This document shows, piece after piece, positions 20,366 through 32,465 of a stretch of 64,000 nt of DNA. The stretch is from NCBI RefSeq assembly GCF_058153355.1, contig NZ_CM177019.1. One strand, 5' to 3'. A program made the position numbers and the translations under genes. The notes beneath the pieces were generated by a model. It was not told the origin of the DNA, did no database searches, and saw nothing but the letters and a program-made list of their open reading frames with translations. Within the stretch, counting starts at the first letter, position 1, and each line of letters opens with the position of its first letter.

Positions 20366-21511
20366 TTAGCGGCCGCCCATAATGGCAATATAATCCTGCG
20401 TCCAGCGACTGTAGGGAACAAACTTGCCCCCTTCTGCTATAGGCGTTTTCCAGAAGGCGATTTTATCGAAATAGTTAAAACCGTTTGTTTCACAACCTTT
20501 TTCGCCTAATAACGGACTGGCTTTACACCCTTCCGGCACTACCGGTAACGAGCCAAACCAGGCCGCCACATCGCCCTGCACTTTTGGCGTTAATGACCAG
20601 TTCATCCATTTGTAGGCGCAAACCGGATGTTTCGCTTCGCTATGTAGCATGGTGGTGTCAGCCCAACCGGTAACGCCCTCCTTCGGGAAAACGGTAGCGA
20701 CAGGCTGGCCTTCGGCTTTCAGGGCGTTGGCCTGATAGGGCCATGCACTGGAAGCAACCACACCCTCGTTTTTGAAATCGCTCATTTGCACGGTAGTGTC
20801 ATGCCAGTAGCGATGGATCAAACTATGTTGATCGCACAGCACTTTCAGCACCGCCTGGTACTGTTCTTCGGTGAGTTGATACGGATCGCTGATGCCCAAC
20901 TGCGGCTGAGTGGCTTTAACGAACAACGCAGCATCCGCAATATAAATAGGGCCATCATAAGCCTGAACGCGGCCTTTATTGCTCTTACCGTCCGGCAGAT
21001 TCTGCGCAACAAAAACCACTTGCCAGCTATCCGGCGGCGTCGGGAAGGTTTTCGTGTTGTACATCAGCAGGTTCGGCCCCCATTGGTAAGGAGTGCCGTA
21101 AACTTTGCCGCCAACGTTAAACCAGTCGCCTTTAACCACGCGCGGATCGAGCGCTTTCCAGTTGGGAATCAATGCGGTATTAATCGGCTGCACGCGTTTA
21201 CCCATAATCAGGCGCAGCGAGGCATCGCCGGACGCCGTAACCAGATCGTAACCCCCTTTGGTCATCAGACTGACCATTTCATCGGACGTCGCGGCGGTTT
21301 TTACATTCACCGCGCAACCTGTCTCTTTTTCGAATTGCGTTACCCAGTCGTATTGTTTATCGGTTTGTCCGCGTTCGATGTATCCCGGCCAGGCGATAAT
21401 ATCCAGTCGCCCTTCCGGTTTATCTAAATTGGTGGGCGGTTCGGCGGCGTGAGCGGTCATTATTATCATGGTGAGCGCACACAGGCTGCTGCGGGCAAAT
21501 GTCTTGCTCAT
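20366..21511 (-). CDS. ydcS: periplasmic substrate-binding protein YdcS (polyamine-type ABC transporter)
   Basis: 381 aa with signal peptide; PotD/PotF-like binding protein. Confidence 0.85.
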   Translation of the reverse strand: MSKTFARSSLCALTMIIMTAHAAEPPTNLDKPEGRLDIIAWPGYIERGQTDKQYDWVTQFEKETGCAVNVKTAATSDEMVSLMTKGGYDLVTASGDASLRLIMGKRVQPINTALIPNWKALDPRVVKGDWFNVGGKVYGTPYQWGPNLLMYNTKTFPTPPDSWQVVFVAQNLPDGKSNKGRVQAYDGPIYIADAALFVKATQPQLGISDPYQLTEEQYQAVLKVLCDQHSLIHRYWHDTTVQMSDFKNEGVVASSAWPYQANALKAEGQPVATVFPKEGVTGWADTTMLHSEAKHPVCAYKWMNWSLTPKVQGDVAAWFGSLPVVPEGCKASPLLGEKGCETNGFNYFDKIAFWKTPIAEGGKFVPYSRWTQDYIAIMGGR

Positions 21512-21755
21512 AAGGTCTTACTCCTGTCGTAATTAATTGTTCAGCCGCCGTGCCGTAAAAATATCTCCTTGTTTAACCATAGACGGCGGCTTGCAGGCAC
21601 ACCTTCGCCCCTGAGAAAATTTAATCAGGTTGTGAGCTACCGCGCATTATGCCGTCTGTGAGGTTATCTTCTGGAGTATAGACAAGGGGTTAGGAAATAT
21701 GACTGCTATTCGAAATTCATATTACCCAACCTAAGAGGAATTAAATTAAACGCTA

Positions 21756-23162
21756 TTACAGCCGTTCTTGAATAAGTTTGCCTAATTGTTTAACCGCCTG
21801 TTCTTCGCGCTCGCCCCACTGCCATGCAGTATTAAAACGAAAAAAACGTGACCAGTTTTCACCGGTAGAAAACATTTTACCCGGCGCAATACTGATATGA
21901 TGCGTCAGTGCTGCCAGGCTTAATTCGCCCGCATCTAACGGCGCGGGGAGTTCCAGCCAGAGAAAATAACCGCTGTCATTATGATGAATTTTCACTTCTG
22001 CAGGCAGATAACGCAGCAGCGCCTGCCAGGCACGTTGTTTACGTTCCGCAAGCTGACGACGTAAACGACGAAGATGGGCGTCGTAACGGCGCGTGGAAAG
22101 ATAATCCACCAGCGCAAGCTGCATCGGTGAACTGGTCGAAAGCGTACTCATCAATTGCAATCGTTGAATTTTGCGTGCGTGTTTTCCGGCGGCGACCCAA
22201 CCAATACGAAAACCTGGCACCAGACATTTCGAAAACGAAGAGCAATGCAAAACGCCATCGTGGCGATCCCACGCTTTCGCAGGCAGCGGTTTTTCCCGTC
22301 CAAAATAAAGTTCGCTGTACACGTCATCTTCAATCAGCGTTACGTTGTACTGATTGAGCAACGCTACCAGTTGTTCTTTTTTCTGCGGCGTTAAGGTAAA
22401 ACCGAGTGGATTCTGGCTATTAGTCATCAGCCAGCACGCTTTCACCGGATACTCCTGCAACGCCAGTTCCAGCGCCTGAAGATCGATCCCTTCGTTAACG
22501 TCCGTCGCCACCGATAACGCCTTCAGCCGTAACCGCTCCAGCGCCTGCAACGCGCCGTAGAAACAAGGATTCTCTACTATCACCCAATCGCCTGGTTCCG
22601 TTACCGCTTGTAAACTGAGGTTTAATGCCTCTAACGCCCCGGCGGTAATGACAATTTCATCAGGAGAAATAGTGATGCCCTGTAAGGCATAGCGACGAGC
22701 AATAGCCTGACGCAGTTCTGCGTTTCCTGGCGGTAAGTTTTCAATCACGCTCATCGCCGTGGCGGTTTTGCTTACCTGCGCCAGCGAGCGGTTTAGTTGT
22801 TGGAGGGGGAAAAGTCGCGGGTCGGGAAAGGCCGAGGCAAACGGAACTACCGACGGATCGCGACTGGCCTGCAACATATCAAAAATATAGGTGTTGATAT
22901 CGACTGCTTCATCTCGAGTGACTGGAATGACTGGCGCTTTCGGCATTTTTATTGCCTGTGGCGCAACGTAATAACCCGACTGCGGTCGCGCGATAATATG
23001 TCCCTGACTTTCGAGCAACTGATAGGCATGGCTGACAGTCATAAAGCTCATGCCAGAAAGCGCCACCTGGTCACGCAACGAAGGTAAACGATCGCCGGGT
23101 TGCCAGATACCCGACGCAATCTGCTCGCGTAATTGTTCTGCAAGCTGCTGGTATTTTTTCAT
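21756..23162 (-). CDS. ydcR: MocR/GabR-type regulator YdcR (GntR HTH fused to PLP aminotransferase-like domain)
   Basis: 468 aa; N-terminal winged HTH, C-terminal fold-type I aminotransferase domain. Confidence 0.85.
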   Translation of the reverse strand: MKKYQQLAEQLREQIASGIWQPGDRLPSLRDQVALSGMSFMTVSHAYQLLESQGHIIARPQSGYYVAPQAIKMPKAPVIPVTRDEAVDINTYIFDMLQASRDPSVVPFASAFPDPRLFPLQQLNRSLAQVSKTATAMSVIENLPPGNAELRQAIARRYALQGITISPDEIVITAGALEALNLSLQAVTEPGDWVIVENPCFYGALQALERLRLKALSVATDVNEGIDLQALELALQEYPVKACWLMTNSQNPLGFTLTPQKKEQLVALLNQYNVTLIEDDVYSELYFGREKPLPAKAWDRHDGVLHCSSFSKCLVPGFRIGWVAAGKHARKIQRLQLMSTLSTSSPMQLALVDYLSTRRYDAHLRRLRRQLAERKQRAWQALLRYLPAEVKIHHNDSGYFLWLELPAPLDAGELSLAALTHHISIAPGKMFSTGENWSRFFRFNTAWQWGEREEQAVKQLGKLIQERL

Positions 23163-23240
23163 TATCGAATCGTTATTATGTGCAGGTGATTCGGCAGTCT
23201 ATATCAGTTGTTAAAAATGACAACTTTTCATTAACTGTTA

Positions 23241-23480
<240 letters not shown>

Positions 23481-23655
23481 TTACCTCCGTGTGTAATGTG
23501 CTCGAAAATAGCACTTAATCGCCGCAACGGCAGAATGCAATGCAAAATCAGGAAGGAAGATTCCAGAATTTCTTTGCGCTAATTTGCAAAACTGAATAAT
23601 AACCTCAAGAAACGATCGGCATCATAGCGGCAAAAGGTGAGAAAAAGGTGGCGGG

Positions 23656-23886
23656 ATGTTTACGAAGGCGTTATCGGTTGTCTTATTAACGTGTGCGCTG
23701 TTCTCAGGACAACTCATGGCAGGGCACAAAGGACATGAATTTATGTGGGTAAAGAATGTGGATCATCAGCTACGTCATGAAGCGGACAGCGATGAATTGC
23801 GTGCCGTGGCGGAAGAGTCGGCGGAAGGTTTGCGCGAGCATTTTTACTGGCAAAAATCGCGCAAACCAGAAGCGGGACAACGTTGA
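23656..23886 (+). CDS. yncJ: uncharacterised secreted protein YncJ
   Basis: 76 aa with signal peptide (MFTKALSVVLLTCALFSGQLMA). Confidence 0.8.
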   Translation: MFTKALSVVLLTCALFSGQLMAGHKGHEFMWVKNVDHQLRHEADSDELRAVAEESAEGLREHFYWQKSRKPEAGQR

Positions 23887-23895
23887 GTCATTTAT

Positions 23896-23930
23896 TTATT
23901 GCCGGATGCGGCGTGACGCCTTACCCGGCC
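23896..23930. repeat. REP element
   Basis: TGCCGGATGCGGCGTGACGCCTTACCCGGCC palindromic unit downstream of yncJ. Confidence 0.55.
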
Positions 23931-23981
23931 GACAAGATCATGCAGATTCAATAAGTTGTGAGTAACCAGAAAACTGGCGTT

Positions 23982-25943
23982 TTACCCTTTTCGCTTCGGC
24001 AATGTTTTCAGCAGCTCATCCGGACTAACGGATGCCACTACGCTTCCCGGTAACGGCATTTTCAGTATGTGATTTTTGATTTTGCCAATGACGTGCATCT
24101 CACATGGGCGACAATCGAACTTTAGCGTTAATACTTCATCGCCATTAACCAGTTGCATTGGCGTCGCCTTCCAGCTTTTGATGTTACCTTTTGCCTGTTT
24201 CGGACACAGATTGAAGGCAAAGCGCAGACAATGCTTGGTGATCATTACCGGCACTTCCCCCTTCTCTTCATGCGCTTCATACGCCGCATCAATCAGTTGC
24301 ACACCATAGCGATGATAAAATTCACGCGCTTTCTGGTTGTAAACGTTCGCGAGGAAACTCAAATGCGTTTGCGGATAAACCGGCGCAGGGTCAGCAACCG
24401 GTTTACGACTGCCGCGCTGATAACTGACAAGACGCGCAGCATCCAGCATTTCGGCGGCCTCACGGCGGAACTGATTTAACAGACTGTTCGGTACAAACAG
24501 CGCACCAGGCAGGTTAATTTGCACATCGCGGGCGTAATAGATGGTTTGCCCCAGCTTAGCCAGACCATCTTTCAGGTTATTAAGCGCTTTTTCGGCGTTA
24601 TTAGCTTCGTCGAATTGTCCATCCAGCGTATGCGTGACGCTGACGCCCTCTTCACTGGTCAGGGTCAGAATCAGTTGTTCATGCCAGCCGCCCAGTTCAA
24701 TGTCTACCGCTACGCGACGTTCGCTGGATGTTTTGGTCAACGCCTGCTGCCAGTTATGGTCCAGATTACGATTAAGCGGATGATGCGGACGAATTTTATG
24801 CAAATCCGCAGGCATCTCATTTGGCCAGACGCGGTACTGATTTTGCCCGGTTTTTTCGACTGTATTGGCGCGAAAGCCAACCACTTCACGTTTAATCATC
24901 ACATTCAGACCATCGCCATTTGCTAACGGCTCGGTGACGGCAACATCAATATGATCTTTCGCTACTTTCAATACTTCGCCCACCGGCAGGCCAATGAATT
25001 TCGGTGAATCGAACGCGCCAATATCGCCTTTACGCGCGTTAACAAAGTAGTCTGTGCTGCCTCGGTGGAAAGTCTTTTCCGTCGACGGGACAAAGAAATG
25101 TTCAGTACGACCTGATGACGCACGCGCCAGATCGCCACGTTCTTCAATAATGGCATCCAGCATCTGGCGATAATGTGCGGTGATATTCTTCACGTAACTC
25201 ATATCTTTGTAACGCCCTTCAATCTTGAAGGAGCGCACGCCAGCATCAATCAGCGCGCCGAGGTTGGCAGTCTGATCGTTATCTTTCATCGACAGCAGAT
25301 GTTTTTCATAGGAAACCACCCGCCCCTGATCGTCTTTCAATGTGTATGGCAAACGGCACGCCTGCGAGCAATCGCCACGGTTGGCGCTACGCCCTGTTTG
25401 CGCATGAGAAATGTAGCACTGACCAGAATAGGCCACGCACAATGCACCATGAATAAAGAATTCAATGGTCGCGTCCGTGGCCTGGTGAATCGCGCGGATC
25501 TGCTCAAGATTCAGCTCTCGCGCCAGCACAATCTGCGTAAAGCCAACATCAGAGAGGAACTTCGCTTTTTCTACTGTGCGAATATCGCACTGCGTACTGG
25601 CGTGCAGTTCAATCGGCGGAATATCAAGTTCCAGAATCCCCATATCCTGAACAATCAGCGCATCGACGCCGGTCTGGTAGAGGTCGGTAATCAGCCGTTG
25701 CGCAGGTTCCAGCTCATCATCATGCAAAATGGTGTTAAGCGTGACGAAAATTTTTGCACCATAACGATGGGCAAACGGCACCAGTTCGGCAATATCTTTC
25801 AGGCTATTACTGGCATTATGACGGGCACCAAAACCAGGGCCGCCGATATAAACAGCATCGGCACCGTGCAAAATAGCTTCGCGGGCAATGGCGGCATCGC
25901 GTGCCGGGCTTAACAGTTCAAGACGATGAGAAGATACGGTCAC
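23982..25943 (-). CDS. rlhA: U32-family peptidase homologue RlhA (YdcP)
   Basis: Long ORF of U32 peptidase family; start placed at GTG (25941-25943) to give 653 aa; the track ORF extends 14 codons further upstream. Confidence 0.8.
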   Translation of the reverse strand: MTVSSHRLELLSPARDAAIAREAILHGADAVYIGGPGFGARHNASNSLKDIAELVPFAHRYGAKIFVTLNTILHDDELEPAQRLITDLYQTGVDALIVQDMGILELDIPPIELHASTQCDIRTVEKAKFLSDVGFTQIVLARELNLEQIRAIHQATDATIEFFIHGALCVAYSGQCYISHAQTGRSANRGDCSQACRLPYTLKDDQGRVVSYEKHLLSMKDNDQTANLGALIDAGVRSFKIEGRYKDMSYVKNITAHYRQMLDAIIEERGDLARASSGRTEHFFVPSTEKTFHRGSTDYFVNARKGDIGAFDSPKFIGLPVGEVLKVAKDHIDVAVTEPLANGDGLNVMIKREVVGFRANTVEKTGQNQYRVWPNEMPADLHKIRPHHPLNRNLDHNWQQALTKTSSERRVAVDIELGGWHEQLILTLTSEEGVSVTHTLDGQFDEANNAEKALNNLKDGLAKLGQTIYYARDVQINLPGALFVPNSLLNQFRREAAEMLDAARLVSYQRGSRKPVADPAPVYPQTHLSFLANVYNQKAREFYHRYGVQLIDAAYEAHEEKGEVPVMITKHCLRFAFNLCPKQAKGNIKSWKATPMQLVNGDEVLTLKFDCRPCEMHVIGKIKNHILKMPLPGSVVASVSPDELLKTLPKRKG

Positions 25944-26015
25944 TTTCTTATCCAGTAGCTGAAAAATGGCGGCTATTTTAGCCACAAGCGCGACGTTGCG
26001 AAATAGTTTTCCCGC

Positions 26016-26552
26016 TTAACTGCGTGGGTAATGGATGAGGGAATGAAAATGTACGATTTGCTCCCCACCATTACGATAGACATGCGTAACGTCTGCAGCA
26101 AATCGAGCGCCTTCTCCACAATTAAGGCTCTGCCATTCACCATCAACGCACAGATCAAGTTGCCCATCAATGACGACAACATGTTCGATTACTCCCTTCT
26201 CATGGGGCGTCGATTCACTTATTGCACCAGGTGCCATCTGAATCGAGAATTGTTCAAAGCAGAGTTGTGGATCATAAGGAAACAGCGAAGTGATCACCAT
26301 CGCCTGCTGTTGCGGATCATAAACTGAAGGCGTAGCGGACTGCGGCGGAGAAATAAATGTCGAAAATGGCACATTCAACCCGGTGGCAATTTTCCATAAT
26401 GTCGCGACCGTCGGGCTGGATTCATTACGTTCAATCTGCCCTAACATCGCTTTAGAAACACCCGTCGCTTCTGCCAGTCGCGAAAGACTCCAACCGCGCT
26501 GCTGACGTAGTTGTTTAAGTGTGGTGGATAAAAAGCGAGTGAGATTTTCCAT
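26016..26552 (-). CDS. sutR: XRE-HTH plus cupin transcriptional regulator SutR (YdcN)
   Basis: 178 aa; N-terminal XRE-type HTH, C-terminal cupin domain. Confidence 0.8.
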   Translation of the reverse strand: MENLTRFLSTTLKQLRQQRGWSLSRLAEATGVSKAMLGQIERNESSPTVATLWKIATGLNVPFSTFISPPQSATPSVYDPQQQAMVITSLFPYDPQLCFEQFSIQMAPGAISESTPHEKGVIEHVVVIDGQLDLCVDGEWQSLNCGEGARFAADVTHVYRNGGEQIVHFHSLIHYPRS

Positions 26553-26643
26553 GTGACTCCTCCGGCAAAGCGGAAGTTTATCACTTGTGCGTTATAACGG
26601 ACAAATGCTACGGTACCTGTACGCTATAACGCACGAGGTGACC

Positions 26644-27816
26644 ATGCGTCTGTTTTCTATTCCTCCACCCACGCTACTGGCGGGGTTTCTGGCGGTATTA
26701 ATTAGCTACGCCAGTTCAGCGGCAATAATCTGGCAAGCAGCGATGGTCGCCGGAGCCACCACTGCACAAATCTCTGGCTGGATGACGGCGCTGGGATTGG
26801 CAATGGGCGTCAGTACGCTGGCTCTGACATTGTGGTACCGTGTGCCTGTTCTCACCGCATGGTCAACGCCGGGCGCAGCTTTGCTGGTTACCGGATTGCA
26901 GGGACTGACACTTAACCAAGCCATCGGTGTTTTTATTGTCACCAACGCGTTAATAGTCCTCTGTGGTATGACGGGATTATTCGCCCGTCTGATGCGTATT
27001 ATTCCGCACTCGCTGGCAGCGGCGATGCTGGCCGGAATTTTGTTACGCTTTGGTTTACAGGCGTTTGCAAGTCTGGATGGTCAGTTTACGTTATGTGGCA
27101 GTATGTTGCTGGCGTGGCTGGCGACGAAAGCTATTGCGCCACGGTATGCGGTTATTGCGGCGATGATAGTTGGGATCGTCATCGTTATTTTACAAGGTGA
27201 CGTTGTCACAGGGGATATTGCCTTTAAACCCGTTCTCCCCGCTTATATTGCCCCTGAATTTTCGTTTGCTCACAGTCTGAGCGTTGCACTCCCCCTTTTT
27301 CTGGTGACGATGGCATCGCAAAACGCTCCAGGTATCGCAGCAATGAAAGCAGCCGGATATTCGGCTCCTGTTTCGCCGTTGATTGTATTTACTGGATTGC
27401 TGGCGCTGGTATTTTCCCCTTTCGGGGTTTATTCCGTCGGTATTGCAGCAATCACCGCAGCTATTTGTCAAAGCCCGGAAGCGCATCCGGATAAAGATCA
27501 ACGTTGGCTGGCAGCTGCCGTCGCAGGCGTTGTTTATTTGTTTGCAGGTCTGTTTGGTAGCGCCATAACTGGAATGATGGCCGCGCTGCCCGTGAGTTGG
27601 ATCCAGATGCTGGCAGGTCTGGCGCTGTTGAGTACCATTGGCGGCAGTTTGTATCAGGCGCTGCATAATGAGCGTGAGCGCGACGCGGCGGTGGTCGCAT
27701 TTCTGGTAACGGCAAGTGGACTAACGCTTGTCGGGATTGGTTCTGCGTTTTGGGGATTAATTGCCGGTGGCGTTTGTTACATGGTGTTAAATTTAATCGC
27801 TGACAGAAACCGATAA
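26644..27816 (+). CDS. ydcO: BenE-family inner-membrane transporter YdcO
   Basis: Track ORF trimmed to MRLFSIPPPTLLAG... (390 aa), highly hydrophobic. Confidence 0.8.
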   Translation: MRLFSIPPPTLLAGFLAVLISYASSAAIIWQAAMVAGATTAQISGWMTALGLAMGVSTLALTLWYRVPVLTAWSTPGAALLVTGLQGLTLNQAIGVFIVTNALIVLCGMTGLFARLMRIIPHSLAAAMLAGILLRFGLQAFASLDGQFTLCGSMLLAWLATKAIAPRYAVIAAMIVGIVIVILQGDVVTGDIAFKPVLPAYIAPEFSFAHSLSVALPLFLVTMASQNAPGIAAMKAAGYSAPVSPLIVFTGLLALVFSPFGVYSVGIAAITAAICQSPEAHPDKDQRWLAAAVAGVVYLFAGLFGSAITGMMAALPVSWIQMLAGLALLSTIGGSLYQALHNERERDAAVVAFLVTASGLTLVGIGSAFWGLIAGGVCYMVLNLIADRNR

Positions 27817-27850
27817 TAAAAAGCGCCATCTTACGATGGCGCGACTGGAA

Positions 27851-28519
27851 TTACTTTTTGTTAACGTCAAACATGGTGGCATCGGTCGCCATGTCATCAA
27901 TAACTTGCTTAATATTCTCGAAAGCCATTGGCGTACTTTCATTATTCAGGTCTTTACCTTCGCCCTGACGAACGACTTTGATAACCGGTTTATTAGTAGC
28001 TGCATCAATCAGCTCACCTTCAAAATACAGGCGAGTATCCATGGTACGGTGGCCCGTCGCCATTTGCGTCCCCGCGACCACTAATGCGACAGGAACCACT
28101 TCATAGAATTGCAGCCCTTCTTTGCTGGTATCTACACCGGTAATGGCCCCACGGAAAATCAGACTACGCGGCCCAGCGGTGGTAACCAGTGGTTTACGCT
28201 GCGCAATCGCTTCTTTCATTTCAGTGTTGGTATAGCTCAAAATTTTATCCAGAACTTTCTGCCCTACCTGAGTAGAAGGTTTCGGCACCGGATAATAAGT
28301 GATTGGGTTCCAGACGATGCTGTCATATTTACTTTGATCAAAACTTGGGTCTACCCAACGTAAAACAGGCTTACCCGTTGCAGAATTTGTTTCTTTTAAA
28401 TCAGAGTAATTGTTTAAAAAGCCAGAATATTTATCTGGCTGGGTGATTTTAGAGGCACAACCAGACAGAGCCAACAAGCCGCATAAAGCTGCAACTTTCG
28501 CAAATGATGTGGTACGCAT
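27851..28519 (-). CDS. ydcL: lipoprotein YdcL
   Basis: 222 aa; lipobox LSGC in signal peptide. Confidence 0.8.
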   Translation of the reverse strand: MRTTSFAKVAALCGLLALSGCASKITQPDKYSGFLNNYSDLKETNSATGKPVLRWVDPSFDQSKYDSIVWNPITYYPVPKPSTQVGQKVLDKILSYTNTEMKEAIAQRKPLVTTAGPRSLIFRGAITGVDTSKEGLQFYEVVPVALVVAGTQMATGHRTMDTRLYFEGELIDAATNKPVIKVVRQGEGKDLNNESTPMAFENIKQVIDDMATDATMFDVNKK

Positions 28520-28616
28520 GAATAGTTTCCTGAGATGATTATATTACTTTTTAAGTTATAGCAAAAAGCACCGCTTCGTGTTGTGGCAAAAAAAGTGTTG
28601 GTGAAAATAAATTTTT

Positions 28617-28659
28617 CAGCCCCTTTTCAGACGACATAGTCAATGCCGAAAAAGGGGCT
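28617..28659 (-). terminator. hairpin downstream of tehB (putative tehAB terminator)
   Basis: AGCCCCTTTTC ... GAAAAGGGGCT inverted repeat; on minus strand followed by a U-rich tract. Confidence 0.45.
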
Positions 28660-28821
28660 AAGTCAATCATCAGTAGTTAAATTTCAGTAAGTTAAGCTGC
28701 TAAAAAACTTCGACTACTGTGATTAATTTCACATCCATTCGATAAAAAATATGCTTACCGAAAAGAAGAACAGTAGACCATCTCAGCGTGGGGAATTTTC
28801 ACGCGCCTTGTTCTTACCAGG

Positions 28822-29415
28822 TTATTTTTTACGTGCCAGCATCGTGGCGAAACGCAGTTTAATACGATTACCGTTGGCGTCGGTGCGGTGCAGCTCGCCG
28901 ACGTCTTCATTGTATTTCACCATCTCCCAGCCTTCGTAATATCGACGTAATTCTCCCTCTTTGAAGGCAAACGGGAAGCCGACGGTACATGGATAATCAG
29001 CGGTATCCATCGCCGCCACAATCAGGTTGTAACCGCCAGGTTTAGTGCAACGTTGCATATTGGCAATCAGCCCAGGGATGGTTTTAGCCTCAAGGAACAT
29101 CAGCACCACAGTCGAAAGAATAAAATCGTATTGCCCATCAAACGTGAGGTTATTCAGATCAACGACCCGGGTATGTAAATTATCCAGATTTTCAATGGAT
29201 TTAATGCGCTCGACGTTGGCGATACTCATGGCATTTTTATCCCATGCGTCAACTTCATAACCATTGGCTGCCAGGTAAAGACTGTTACGACCATTGCCAC
29301 AGCCCAGATCCAGCGTTTTACCGGGTTTAACCACTTTCACCGCTTCCAGTACTTCAGAGTGTGTGCGGGTTAATTCATATTTTTCAGTAAAATAGTTTTC
29401 GTCACGGATGATCAT
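28822..29415 (-). CDS. tehB: tellurite methyltransferase
   Basis: 197 aa SAM-dependent methyltransferase (motif [11 protein letters not shown]). Confidence 0.9.
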   Translation of the reverse strand: MIIRDENYFTEKYELTRTHSEVLEAVKVVKPGKTLDLGCGNGRNSLYLAANGYEVDAWDKNAMSIANVERIKSIENLDNLHTRVVDLNNLTFDGQYDFILSTVVLMFLEAKTIPGLIANMQRCTKPGGYNLIVAAMDTADYPCTVGFPFAFKEGELRRYYEGWEMVKYNEDVGELHRTDANGNRIKLRFATMLARKK

Positions 29416-30404
29416 TCTTTGTCCTCAGCTTTCATTAAAACAGCGCGCTCTGTTTTGATTAACAATTTCCCCTGCATCAGAAGCGCGAAAGTACGGATAA
29501 GCAGTATTGCTATTATAAAATTGGTAAAGATAAACAGCGGCACCGCCAGGGTATGGAAAAATCCATTATTGCTGCCACTCCCCAAATGCAAACCGGTGGT
29601 TGCCAGTGCAGAAACGCCGAACGAGAAACTCCAGAATGAAGCATTAAATGGTTGGGAGAGATACCATGGCATCAGACGTAGCATAAACAGCAGTTGCAGC
29701 AGTCCATAACCGAAAAGCATTTTTGCCAGCGTGTCCCCCTCGCCGCCGTTGACGCTTAGCCAGGCACTACAGGCCACCAGCGCAGGAGCGAGCTGAATGC
29801 CGAGTGATGTCCGCAATGCCGTGGGTAACTCTCCCGAACTGCGCAGACGCTGAAGGATCACCGGTTCCAGACTTAACCATGAGAAAACGCCTGCGCCTAA
29901 AAACACCAGACCGGCGTCGGTGTAGCCCAGTGCACCACAGGCCATTGCGCTGATAAAGTTGTTGGCAACTGTCGGCAGATACAGTCCAGGCGTGGTGGCT
30001 TCTTCAGGGTGTGATCCGCGCCATAATCCCGCAGTTTGCCAGGCGGCATAAGCCAACTGAACCACGACGCCAAAACTGAACAGGCACACAGCCAGTGGGC
30101 GAAACCACGGAACAAAACCAATCGCTACCAGCATCGTCGTTGCAGGAAACAAACTCACAAAACTGCTCATCACTGGATGGCGCACTTCCGCCAGCACGCT
30201 ATGCGGAAAACGTATGAGTCGGGTAATAAATGCGCTAGCCAATAATCCCCAGATGATCATCGCCAGAATCACTAGCCCATCCCCTAACCAGTGGCTGACC
30301 TGCCAAACCTGGCTGGCATAGCGCCAGGCAAATCCCATCCCTATCGTCCCCAACACAATACCAAAGTAGCCTGCCGGCAAATTGAGCACTTTATCGCTCT
30401 GCAT
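29412..30404 (-). CDS. tehA: tellurite resistance/dicarboxylate-type membrane transporter TehA
   Basis: Track ORF trimmed to [14 protein letters not shown]... (330 aa); overlaps tehB start by 4 nt. Confidence 0.85.
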   Translation of the reverse strand: MQSDKVLNLPAGYFGIVLGTIGMGFAWRYASQVWQVSHWLGDGLVILAMIIWGLLASAFITRLIRFPHSVLAEVRHPVMSSFVSLFPATTMLVAIGFVPWFRPLAVCLFSFGVVVQLAYAAWQTAGLWRGSHPEEATTPGLYLPTVANNFISAMACGALGYTDAGLVFLGAGVFSWLSLEPVILQRLRSSGELPTALRTSLGIQLAPALVACSAWLSVNGGEGDTLAKMLFGYGLLQLLFMLRLMPWYLSQPFNASFWSFSFGVSALATTGLHLGSGSNNGFFHTLAVPLFIFTNFIIAILLIRTFALLMQGKLLIKTERAVLMKAEDKE

Positions 30405-30527
30405 CTTCTTACTCATTTTGTTTAATTTATAAAGTATATTTGAAATACATTTTATGGAATTTTCTCGAGCATAGCCAGAGCCGCAGAATTTGCTACGGTT
30501 ATAGTAAGTCACCTGTGGGAAAACGCT

Positions 30528-31508
30528 ATGCGCAAATATCGTCTAAGTGAAGAACAGCGAGCCTTTAGTTATCAGGATGATGGCACTAAAAAAAGTGTGT
30601 TATTACGGCAAATTATCGCCATGAACGATTTTAACGATGTGATAGCAGGAACCGCTGGCGGCTGGATCGATCGCGAAACGGTGTTAGCGCAGGAAGGAAA
30701 TTGCTGGATTTACGATCAGAATGCTATTGCGTTCGGCGGAACGGTGATTTCCGGTAATACGCGTATCACCGGCACCAGCGTCCTTTGGGGAGAGGTTTAC
30801 GCAACGGATAACGTCTGGATCGATAATAGTGAAGTCAGTCAGGGTGCATATATAAGTGACAGTGTCACCATTCGTGACTCATTAGTTTGCGGTCAATGTA
30901 GAATATTTGGTCACGCCTTAATTGATCAACATTCTATGATCGTCGCCTCGCAAGGCTTAACCTCCGACCATCAACTCCTGCTACAAATTTATGATCGCGC
31001 AAGGGTTAGCGCCTCGCGTATTGTCCACCAGGCACAAATTTATGGCGATGCCGTCGTCCGGTATGCTTTTATTGAACATCGCGCCGAAGTTTTTGATTTT
31101 GCCAGTATTGAAGGTAATGAAGAGAACAACGTCTGGCTATGCGATTGCGCTAAAGTCTACGGTCACGCGCAGGTGAAAGCTGGCATAGAAGAAGATGCCA
31201 TTCCGACAATTCATTACAGTTCGCAGGTAGCGGAATATGCCATTGTAGAAGGTAATTGTGTGTTAAAACATCATGTCTTGATTGGCGGAAAGGCAGTGGT
31301 ACGTGGCGGACCGATTCTGCTCGACGAGCACGTTGTAATACAAGGTGAGAGCCGTATTACAGGTGCGGTGATAATTGAAAACCATGTGGAGTTGACCGAC
31401 CACTCCGTCGTTGAAGCCTTTGATGGCGACACGGTTCATGTCCGTGGTCCAAAAGTCATTAACGGCGAAGAGCGCATTACGCGAACGCCGCTGGCAGGGT
31501 TATTGTGA
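30528..31508 (+). CDS. ydcK: left-handed beta-helix repeat protein YdcK
   Basis: 326 aa with repetitive hexapeptide-like segments. Confidence 0.8.
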   Translation: MRKYRLSEEQRAFSYQDDGTKKSVLLRQIIAMNDFNDVIAGTAGGWIDRETVLAQEGNCWIYDQNAIAFGGTVISGNTRITGTSVLWGEVYATDNVWIDNSEVSQGAYISDSVTIRDSLVCGQCRIFGHALIDQHSMIVASQGLTSDHQLLLQIYDRARVSASRIVHQAQIYGDAVVRYAFIEHRAEVFDFASIEGNEENNVWLCDCAKVYGHAQVKAGIEEDAIPTIHYSSQVAEYAIVEGNCVLKHHVLIGGKAVVRGGPILLDEHVVIQGESRITGAVIIENHVELTDHSVVEAFDGDTVHVRGPKVINGEERITRTPLAGLL

Positions 31509-32039
31509 ATCGATAATACGCGCGTATAAGTTCACATCATCATAGGCATCATTCAGAAACTCAGCCTGTTTCAGGCAACCTTCAAGGATAAAACCATTGC
31601 GCAAAGCGACCTGGTTGCTTTGCGCATTATCCACCCGACATTTGATCACGAAGCGTCTAAGTTCACCAGACTGAGCGTAATGATGAATCAATGCCTGCAG
31701 CGCCTGAGAAATGATCCCCTGCCCCTGATGAGATTCGTCCAGCCAGTAGCCGATTTCAGCGGTTTTATTCAGTGGTTCAATACGATTAAACGAGATAACG
31801 CCGATAAGTTGATCTTCTTTGAAAATCATGAACATTTTGGCATAGCCGCGTTGATGCAACATTACATTGCCCTGCACCGTTTTTCGCGTGTCCTCTTCAC
31901 TTTGAACAAACTGCGGCCAGTTTAGCGACTGCTGTAACCAGGTTCTATTTTTACAGATTAACTGATAAAGAGGTGTGACATGACTTTCTGCAACAGCATG
32001 TAATTCAAGTGATTCACTTACTTTTATCGTTTCAGCCAT
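31500..32039 (-). CDS. rimL: ribosomal protein L7/L12 serine N-acetyltransferase
   Basis: GNAT fold; start trimmed to MAETIKVS... (179 aa). Confidence 0.85.
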   Translation of the reverse strand: MAETIKVSESLELHAVAESHVTPLYQLICKNRTWLQQSLNWPQFVQSEEDTRKTVQGNVMLHQRGYAKMFMIFKEDQLIGVISFNRIEPLNKTAEIGYWLDESHQGQGIISQALQALIHHYAQSGELRRFVIKCRVDNAQSNQVALRNGFILEGCLKQAEFLNDAYDDVNLYARIIDSQ

Positions 32040-32101
32040 CTTATCTCCAGTCAATCCATACAGTTGTTAAAAAAGCCGCCTGGCTGGCGGCTTAGGAAAG
32101 T

Positions 32102-32326
32102 TTACACCTCTTTGACGCTCTCCTGCTGCAGGATTTTGAGCATCTCATCTTTTAACTGTAGCTTTTGTTTTTTCATGCGGACCACTTCCGCATTGTACCC
32201 TCGACCGTCGGAACCTTCCTTTCTGGCAATTTCATGATCAAGTTTATTGTGTTTATCGAACAAGGACATAAAGCGAGGATTTTCGTTTTTCAGACGGGAT
32301 ATTAAATCTCGGTATTCTGGAAACAT
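32102..32326 (-). CDS. ydcH: small uncharacterised protein YdcH
   Basis: 74-aa ORF (MFPEYRDLISRLK...), coiled-coil-like. Confidence 0.7.
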   Translation of the reverse strand: MFPEYRDLISRLKNENPRFMSLFDKHNKLDHEIARKEGSDGRGYNAEVVRMKKQKLQLKDEMLKILQQESVKEV

Positions 32327-32465
32327 ACGCACTCCCTGTTAGTGGCTGACAAGGTGTATCTGAAATACACACTATCAGATTACTCATTTAACTTAGGGAA
32401 AAATGCGAGCGGGATCGTGTTTAACCAGACGGCACCTCCCGAAGAAGGTGCCGAAGAAAAAACGA